Assembly: GCA_951406725.2 (NCBI GenBank)
Contig: OX597820.1
Location: 116,808,001 to 116,872,000, forward strand
Direction: 5' to 3'
Length of the DNA: 64,000 bases
Source: Octopus vulgaris
Taxonomy: Eukaryota
A program made the position numbers and the translations under genes. Of this stretch, positions 54,731 to 64,000 are shown piece by piece (the first letter of the stretch is position 1; each line of letters opens with the position of its first letter). The notes under the pieces were generated by a model, which had not been told where the DNA came from, searched no databases, and saw only the letters and a list, made by a program, of their open reading frames with translations.

Positions 54731-55689
54731 ATAAAATACTTCATATTTTAAAAGCAGGGCCAAGAATTGGCTCCTTATGACTAACCTTGAATATTTTACT
54801 CTTTTATTTGTTTCAGTCATTTGACTGCGGCCATGCTGGAGCACCACCTTTAGTCGAGCAAATCTTTGTAAGCCTAGCACTTATTCTATCAGTCTCTTTT
54901 GCCGAACCACTAAGTTATGGGGACGTAAACACACCACCATCGGTTGTCAAGCGATGTTGGGGGGACAAACACAGACACACAAACACACACACATATATAT
55001 ATATATATATACACGACGGGCTTCTTTCAGTTTCCGTCTACCAAATCCACTCACAAGGCTTTGGTCGGCCCGAGGCTATAGTAGAAGACACTTGCCCAAG
55101 GTGCCACGCAGTGGGACTGAACCCAGAACCATATGGTTGGTAAGCAAGCTACTTACCACACAACCACTCCTGGTGACATTTTACATTTTACTTTTCGTTA
55201 AATCAAATTAGTTTTATAAAAGTTAATTAATATACAAATATGCAGAACCAGAATACTTTCTTTTCTAAAAGAAACAAGGAAAAAAATAATTCATATGAAA
55301 GCAGCAGCTCACAATCAAAGAATTGGATTAGTAATTTCTAGAAAGCAACTCTTGTTGAATGAAACCCAAATGTTGCCACTGAACTTCACTTCTACATTTT
55401 CATATAAGGTATAAAAAAAAATTCTGTTCAATATCAACAATATTGTCCGTCTCATTTCATAAACATTGTATGTGTTCTCCCAATCCTAGCTTTGAAAATA
55501 AAAACCAGAGCCTACGCAAAGTAGTGAAGGCTTGCATCAGTAAAACAACTCATTTTGTAAGGTCTACAAATTTAAGTTTTATCTGTTGTTGGCAGACAAA
55601 AGAACTCTGCCAAACCGATTCCCTCTGATGCTCTCCCTCTCTGCCAGTCTTCGGAGTCACTGTCAATAATATATATATATATTATATAG

Positions 55690-55896
55690 CTAAGTTAATC
55701 CAAACAAGAAAGCACAAAAAACACAACAATGCAAGGACGTGGAACAAATATAGTATTATTGGACGCTCAGGAAAGAAGGAGGGTTTAACGTTTTGAGCGG
55801 AGCTCTTCGTCGGAAACACAGGAGAAGGAAAGATCCAGAGAAGGGAAGACAGAGGAAAAAAATCGCCAACGGTACACACGCGGTCACATTTTGAAA
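55690..55896 (-). mobile_element. Probable Penelope-like pseudo-LTR fragment in (TA)n, with a decayed hammerhead core
   Basis: Minus strand tttCCGACGAagagctccgctcAAAAcgtt resembles CUGANGA-stem II-GAAA. Confidence 0.5.
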
Positions 55897-56377
55897 CTAT
55901 TATATAGCTATATATATGATAGACTTCCATGTGGTTTCCATCTACCAAATTCATTCACAAAGCATTGGTCAGTCCAGTGCTATAGTAAATGACACTTGCC
56001 GCACAGTGGGATTGAACCCCAGAACCCATGCAGTTTGAAAGTGAGCTTCAAATCCACACAGCCATGCTGCCTGTACATGATATCTGTGGACCAAAGAAAG
56101 GGATTTCCAAAACTTAGAATATTTCTTTAACAAATTCAACATCATTATAAAAAGTTGGCATGTGCAGATCAACAAAAGAATCCAAGAACTGCGACCTTTA
56201 TTCAAAGTTCCTAGTTGGCTTGATATTTTGGCCAGATTAGTACAAACCAGACTCAAAGAAAAAAAATCTCGCCTGGTCAAGATCCAACACTTTTAATGTC
56301 ATATCCAAATATATATATATATATAATTTATTTTATAGAAGGAGCTTCTACAGGACTAGAACTGTTTCATTCAAAAG

Positions 56378-56411
<34 letters not shown>

Positions 56412-58764
56412 CCCTTGAATTTTCTTTTTACCATTTCTTTTTGAAGAAACAAATTTTATCTATTTATTCGTTTTTATTTATTTATTGACATTTGAAAATA
56501 TCTGAACTATTTTCATGTTTAAAGACTTCCAATACTATCATGCTCTTCTCCCAGATTAGGTTGTCGTTATCTTTGCCTTCCATCTCTGACCGTGACTGAC
56601 TCTACCTGCTTTCACCCACAATTATTCACTGCTCTGAAAGTCTCAAAAGAAGATGTGAAAATATCTCATGCATTAGTGAAGTAGGTTAACAACTTTGGTG
56701 GTGGTGGTGGTGGGGAGACTTAATGACTTAAAATTTTAGTGACATGTTGAAAGAGCAGTATTACACACAGCTACTTAGGAGAGGGCCCTGTTATCTGATT
56801 TACTTCACTCACACATCTATCCATCTATATGTCTACCTACCTATCTATCTATATAATTACACACACACACATACACCACTCAATCGCTGGCTCTCATGAA
56901 CCTGTCTTTCTAGTTCTTCAACTATTCCTCATGTCTGATATCTAAAAACAAGCAAGCATCATTTCTATGCTCCCTCTCTCAACACACACACACACACACA
57001 AACACACAGAGTCTCTGATGCTAAGTAAATAAACAAAGTTGAAGTGTAAAGTCTGTGTCTACCAGTAAGCTACCAACCATCATCTTTTGCTCTTTATCAA
57101 TGCAATTAGGAATAGGAAACACAGATTATCTATAAGGAGATTACAGTTTATCATCTGTTCATACCCCCACCCACACAATCATCCACACTTCACCACCAAG
57201 CCCTATTTATTATTATGAAAAGTAAGCATGGAATAAGATTTCTCAAAAGAAAAAACACGGATTTTTTTTTTGAAGAATTATAGGTTTAAACTAAAGATGT
57301 GTGTGAGTTGATGGTGGTGAGGGTATGAAAAGAAAGGGGTTTTACAGTTGAAGTGTTGCTTGAAGATAAACTTAACAGATAAAGTCGGGAACCCAATAGT
57401 GACAGTTGATGTTGAGGAGAGAAAGAGAGAGAGAGAGAAAGAGAGATTTTGATGGAGTTTTACAGATGCTCTTCTTATTTGGAATTATCATTTTAATGTC
57501 CCCTTTTCCATGCTTACATGGGTTCAACAGAGTTTACTGAAGCAGGTTTTCTACAGCCGGAATGCCCTTCCTCTCACCAATCCTTATCTGCTTCCAAGCA
57601 AGCTAATATTTCCCATGGTCACACATATTCTCATTTACAACAATTGTGTGATGTCAAAACAAGAACACAAACACACATAATGAGCTTCTGCACAGTTTCT
57701 GCCTACCAAATCCACTCACAAGGCTTTGGGTCAGCCCAAAGTTATAGAAGACACTTGCCCAAGGTGCCATGCAGTAGGATTGAACCTAGAACCACGTGGT
57801 TGGGAAGCAAGCTTCTTACCACACAACCACATTTACACCTAAATTAATATAAGGTTAAGATAAAATGAAATTATAATTTTCTTAGAATTTTTACAGAAAG
57901 TAACTACATTAAAATGAAGTGTGAGAGAGAGGGAGAAAGAGAGAAGAAAGGAGAAAGAGAGAGGGAGAGAGAGGGGAGATGAAATGTATAGTGCAAATAT
58001 CAAGAATGAATATTGATTGAAAGAAATAGCTGTAAACATGTTTTAGATCTCAATTGATTTAGTATTTTACAGATTAATTAGCATTTACAAATTTACAAAC
58101 AAACATTTAATTGTGAAAATGAACTTGATAACACTTTCACTCTCATGGAACCAACAAATTTTCTATTGGATTGCAGTCAAATAGGAAAGAAAAAGAACTT
58201 TGACTTCAAATGCGAAAAAAAACTGTTCTCTAAAAGAACTTGATCAGAGAAAGATAAAAGGCTTGAAATAATGAATGAGACCTCTACCTTGATGCTTAAC
58301 TTGCTAGAAATAGTAGTGAAATCTCTCAAATGATGCATTACAAGCTCTTAAATAGAAGGAAATGTGCAAACAATAAACACCATTTGCTTTTGTAATGGTT
58401 TCACTCACTGGGTTTAAAACCATGTGACGCATTTTTTTACCCATAAACCCCTCTGATTCCTATCTTACTCTACAGGACCCTCATAACCATTCCATGTTTA
58501 AAAAATCCTACTCTTTACCCTTTTACTCTTTTACTTGTTTCAGTCATTTGACTGTGGCCATGCTGGAGCACCGCCTTTAGTCGAGCAAATCGACCCCAGG
58601 ACTTATTCTTTGTAAGCCCAGTACTTATTCTACCGATCTCTTTTTGCCAAACCACTAAGTGACGGGGACGTAAACACACCAGCATCGGTTGTCAAGCAAT
58701 GCTAGGGGGACAAACACAGACACACAAACACACACACACACATATATATATATATATGTACATA

Positions 58765-59776
58765 TCAAAAATCAAAAATCAAACAAAATCAAAATAGATG
58801 AACATCAATGGAATTTGTATCTTTGTGGTACCAGTGCCGGTGGCACACAAGAATACCATCCGAACGTGGCCGTAGCCAGTACCGCACCGACTGGCCTCCA
58901 TGCTGTGGGCACGTAACAATCACCATCCAATCGTGGCCGATCGCCAGCCTAATCTGGCTCCTGTGTCGGTGGCACATAAAAAACACCATCCGAGCGTGGT
59001 CGTCTGCTAGCCTTGTCTGGCACCTGTGTCGGTGGCACATAAAAACACCATCCGAGCGTGGCCCAGTACCGCATCGACTGGCACCTGTGTCGGTGGCACA
59101 TAAAAAACACCATCCGAGCGTGGTCGTCTGCTAGCCTTGTCTGGCACCTGTGTCGGAGGCACATAAAAACACCATCCGAGCGTGTCCGTTCGCCAGCCTC
59201 GTCTGGCACCTGTGTCGGTGGCACATAAAAACACCATCCGAGAGTGGAAGTAAGCTAGCCATGTCTGGCACCAGTGTCGGTGGCACAAGAAAACACCATC
59301 CGAGCGTGGCCGTTCGCCAGCCTCGTCTGGCACCTGTGTCGGTGGCACATAAAAAACACCACCCGAGCATGGTCGTCTGCTAGCCTTGTCTGGCACCTGT
59401 GTCGGTGGCACATAAAAACACCATCCGAGCGTGGCCGTTCGCCAGCCTCGTCTGGCACCTGTGTCGGTGGCACATAAAAAACACCATCCGAGCGTGGTCG
59501 TCTGCTAGCCTTGTCTGGCACCTGTGTCGGTGGCACATAAAAACACCATCCGAGCGTGGCCGTTCGCCAGCCTCGTCTGGCACCTGTGTCGGTGGCACAT
59601 AAAATCACCCACTACACTCTCGGAGTGGTTGGCGTTAGGAAGGGCATCCAGCTGTAGAAACACTGCCAGATCTGACTGGCCTGGTGCAGCCTTCGGGCTC
59701 CCCAGACACCAGTTGAACCGTCCAACCCATGCTAGCATGGAAAGCGGACGTTAAATGATGATGATGATGATGATGA
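58765..59776 (+). mobile_element. Retroposon (family D, RTE-like 3' tail ending in (GAT)n) carrying a ~12-unit 62/63-bp tandem array. Shorter copies at about 18057-18330, 35055-35245, 35920-36157, 41855-42210, 45960-46520, 47272-47590, 52853-53043, 53228-53440
   Basis: Common tail gagtggttggcgttaggaagggcatccagctgtagaaac...ggacgttaaa(tga)n. This copy is nested in a family A SINE. Confidence 0.9.
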
Positions 59777-61242
59777 TACAACAGGCTTCTTTCAGTTTCC
59801 GTCTACCAAATCCACTCACAAGGCATTGGTCAGCCCGGGGCTATAGCAGAAGACACTTGCCCAAGATGCCACGCAGTGGCACTGAACCCAGAACCATGTG
59901 GTTGGTTAGCAAGCTACTTACCACACAGCCACTCCTGCGCCTATATAATTTTATAATTTTATAATTAAATATTATGAGAAACTGTATTAAAAAGTTGTGA
60001 AAATGCTCTGTGTATCGTGGAAGTATAACCAATTTATTGCAGATAAATTTTAATAAAATCTTACATGGATTCCCAGTAGAAACCAAGCTAAAACAGATTG
60101 GAGCCAGTGCAGTTCTTCAGCTTACCATTTTCAAACCGTCTAACCCATACCAGCATGGAAAATGGATGTTAAATGATGATGATGATGATTTCTGTACAAG
60201 TACGTACACATACATACATGCCATTCTGGTCATATAAGCCATTAGGTGAAACTTCAAGTCTAAGCTGAACTAATTTTATAACAATTTGACTATTTTTTGA
60301 CCAGAACATCAAATGCTTTGTTATTCCTTAAAACTCCTTTAAAATAGCACATCAAAAATTAACAGTGTGCGTGTGTGTGAGGGAAAGAGAGAGAGAGAGA
60401 GGTCTTTCTCAGAGCTACTGGTAACGTGTAACCCAGTACAACTGGTTTTATTGTTGGGCTGCCAGAAAGTAAATTAGCAACACCAAAAAGCCTGCTTGGT
60501 ACGCAGGGTGGCTTTTGGATACCCTGCAGGGTAGAAAACAACCTGGCAAAGGGTCAATGAATTCAAGAGAGCCACTGGTCAACCAGTTATGTGATATATA
60601 TATGCCCAAGGTTTTAGAAGTTTCCTGTTTGGTACCCATGGGTACATTCAGCCTAAGCCGTGGTGAAGTCAAGTGACCCAACTGATAGAGAGCAAATTGA
60701 AAAGCCTGTTCATTGTGTTTGTGGCAAATGTTTGCATCAACTTTCTGCTTATCAATATTCCCCAAAACTGTAGCTTGTCCTACACAAGCATCCGGCACAG
60801 AAAACAAGTCATCTGTGTGGATAGTTTAACAGCTGTAAAATTGATTGTTAGAACTTCATACTTCAAAGCGAACAGGAGAATCCACTATATACATATTTTG
60901 AGTCTGCTTATAATTTGACTTTAAATTTCATAGAACTCATTCCTAATACTTCATTAGGATAGACACACTCTCTAGGATGTCTGGAAAACATATATGTGAT
61001 TTAGCTGATGAATACTGGACATTTGTATTTGCTGCAATACTTGCAGCTTTAAATAAAATTGTTCTTGGTATGAAACAATTGTACTAAACTACTAATCCAT
61101 TCTTGTTGCTTTTTTCTTGGTCATAATCACCTCACATTTTTTATGGTTAATACCATAAATGAATTCTGGTGCATCTAAGTTAAGTACCATATTCATTTGA
61201 ATTCATTGGAATTCACTTGAATCTTAATTGTTTTTGCTTAAA

Positions 61243-61279
<37 letters not shown>

Positions 61280-61280
<1 letters not shown>

Positions 61281-61634
61281 TAGCAGAGACACCTGGCGTT
61301 GCTCGGGATTAAAATGGCATAGTTTGTATATAATATATTACAGTTATGTTGAAACAGGTGATTATGGGAAAGTGCAGCACAGACAACAAAACATTTGTGG
61401 AGTAAATGATAGGCTAATTCGCTCTTTTGCAGCAGTCAGCACTGTGTCTAACACGACTCATTATCTGAAATGTTGACACCTCCTTCGGGTTTGTTGTCCT
61501 ACATCACTCATAAAGTAAATTTGGAGGAACTGTGGTTGTTCATTGTGGGTAACAGGGAACCAATGAGGTGATAGACTCGCCCTTGAACTTTGACGTCGTA
61601 AACAGACAGACAGAACAGATTTTATATATTAAGA
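61280..61634 (-). mobile_element. Helitron deletion derivative retaining a RepHel fragment
   Basis: Minus strand has A|TCTTAATATATAAAA start and cccgagcaacgccagg...CTAG end. Interior reads KVQGRVYHLIGSL and EQPQFLQIYF, typical RepHel N-terminal motifs. Confidence 0.8.
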
Positions 61635-64000
61635 TATAGCCGAAATAAATATTTCAATGTTGTATTTCGAAATTATGAAATAGTCAAAGCTATCCCTCCC
61701 CCTCTTTATATGTATATATATCCACACAAACACACACAGTCATAAGATCAAGCCTTTCTGTTATATAGTTTGTGTTATGCCTCTGAGTAAGGTCTATTTC
61801 TGTTTGCCTGACAAAAAAAAAAAACAAAAAACAAAAAAAACACACGCATGAAAAATTTTGTAAACATTCATTTCCTTCAGTTAAAAATCTGTGATTTCTT
61901 TTGCTTAAAATAATATCTTCTTTGTTGTTCTACAGTCTATGGAGGTTAGACCCAAGGAACTACTAATCTAGGCCCTATCTCTGGGGACATGTCCCTGATT
62001 AAAACTGATAAACGTCCGCAAGGGCTGATTGCTTTAAATAGTGCTAGGTTTTCTACATTGAAAATAACAATAGTTGTGGTGGGGGTTTCTAACAGATGCA
62101 AGACCACAAACTTAAGGGACAAAATGACCCCTAGTACTTGGATTGGTACTTTTATATCATCAACCCTGGAAAGAAAAAAGGTTAAAAATTGATCTGAATA
62201 GGACTTGAACCCAGATCACAAAGAAACAGAACAAATGTAACAAGGTATTTTGTCTGATGTCCTATGAATTCTGCTGATCCATGTCCCCAATAATGATGTC
62301 TTAGAATAGGAACAAGGCTGGTTTTTAAGAAACTTGCATCATAGAATCAGGGGCAGTCTCAGGTGAGTTGGTATTAAAAGGGTCAAAATAGTGTGGAGAC
62401 ATCAATAAGCCCCAGACTATTCGGCAACAGAAGGGCAGCATCTGGGCAGATACAAGATGAATGTAACCACGGTTACTGAGAATTACCATGAGGAATGCTA
62501 AAGAAAGAACAAGATGATTGCACCCATGGTTACTGAGAATTACCATGAGAAAGAGCCTGACACTGTCAAAATGGAAATGGAGAATATTTAAGTTGCATAA
62601 TTTGCTCTAATTGAAGGAAATTTATCTCCATCCGCTCCATTTTCTTTCTTTACATAAATAATTAAAAGATGGAGAAGTTATTAGATTTTTTTTTTTAACT
62701 CCCCAACTGACATTTGGGATAATAAGTTTGGTTATGTATTAAGAAACACCAGTCTTGACTCGCGTGTAGATCAAAGAATTTTCTTAGACTTTTTGGGTCA
62801 TGCACTATAAAGTAATACTTAAGTAGATTACTTGTAAAAGATCAATAACTGATAATTGATATCTTCATACATATTCTACCTGATACACACCTCAGTTGTA
62901 CAGCAAAGTCTCATTTCTTATTTTGCTAACTGAGATTATGAAACTTTGATCTTAGTTCATGTAAAATATAGCAACCAAGACTTGCAAAGAAATCGAGGAG
63001 TAGGGGGTATCACAAACTTAACCCTTTCGTTACTGTATTTCTGTTGAGATGCTCTGTGTTTCTTTCAATTACTTTAAATATAAGAAAGAATTTAGTAAAA
63101 TAACTTAGTTATCATTCAGCTAGTGTTAGGAACCTAAATTGTGACTAAGGTTTGGTGGAAGATTTTAATTCAAAACTTATGAAAACAAGACATTTGTACT
63201 CAGAGACAGAAGTGGTTTCAGGCAGGTTGATACCAAAAGGGTTAAGAATTGTTTCTCTATTATGTATTTTAACCCTTTTCGTTACCGTATTCCTGTTAAG
63301 ATGCTCTCTGTTTCTTTCAATTAATTTTAAATATAACAAAGAATTTAGTAAAATAACTTAGTTATCTTTCAGCGAGTGTTAGGAAGATAAATTGTGATTA
63401 AGATTTGGTGGAAGATTTTAATTCAAAACTTATGAAAACAAGTCATTTGCACTCAGAGCCAGAGCTGGTTGCAGCCAGGTTGGTAATGAAAGGGTTAAAA
63501 GTAACAGGTTCAAATTTACCCTTTTGCAATATAATCGGTCTTCCAAAGTATTTAAGCATTCAACTTAATTCTAAAATGATGAAAGGACAGACATCTTTCA
63601 GCAAGGTCACAAACAGTTGACTAGTATCATGTCCCAGTAGGAGAAGGGAATTCTCACCGATAAGCTAAATATCAAGAAATTGAAGCTAAACATTTCTCCA
63701 TAGCCATCAAGCAGTTATCTTTATCCCCTATCTCTATTTCAGTTGTTAGACTGTGGCCATGCTGGGGCAACACCTTGAAGAATTTTAGTCAAACAAATTG
63801 ATCCCAGTACTTATTTTATTTTAGGGATGTAACAGAAAAAAGCCATCTCAACTAAGTAGGTGTGTAGCGGGGAGTGAGCATTTGAGAGGAGAAGGTGGCT
63901 TTTATGTCCCGGGCGGTGGTTCCCAACCCGTGGTCTGTAAAGGTAATATTGGTGGGGTCTGTGAACATGTTAAGCTGACAGACCTTTCAATATCCTGGGG

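Noticed and set aside
58830-59605. CRISPR array
   Set aside because: Eukaryotic retroposon context, short spacers that recur and are related to one another, and no cas genes.
60359-60918. Missing first Mtl exon or another gene
   Set aside because: I found no GDGxVGKT motif between 54317 and 64000, and these ORFs have no recognisable domain.
62451-62549. Two-copy ~59-bp tandem, and 25-bp doublet at about 24924-24974
   Set aside because: Ordinary slippage duplications with no further structure.

Overview
Eukaryotic, very repeat-rich DNA, most likely from an octopus (coleoid cephalopod), judged from the SINE families and the AT/CA/ATT microsatellite load (inference). Two convergent intron-containing genes can be spliced by eye. 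One is the last three coding exons of a multi-EF-hand protein on + (8193-12897). The other is four coding exons of the Rac-family GTPase Mtl/MIG-2-like on - (54316-31642), whose first coding exon was not found in the window. The rest is a TE mosaic: a complete but decayed Chapaev3-type transposon with TTA TSD, a mariner relic, three Helitron derivatives, piggyBac/hAT/GG-ended MITEs, R4/Dong-like and RTE LINE fossils, many SINEs, a probable solo LTR, a 5S pseudogene, a ~1.5 kb (TA)n tract and two minisatellites. The most unusual signal is a set of short local copies of unique sequence joined at microhomologies. One copies the Mtl exon/donor junction into a retroposon and creates an in-frame 51-nt chimeric cassette exon, whose only change in ~105 nt is the donor +5 G. 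Almost all ORF-track entries are microsatellite or repeat artefacts.
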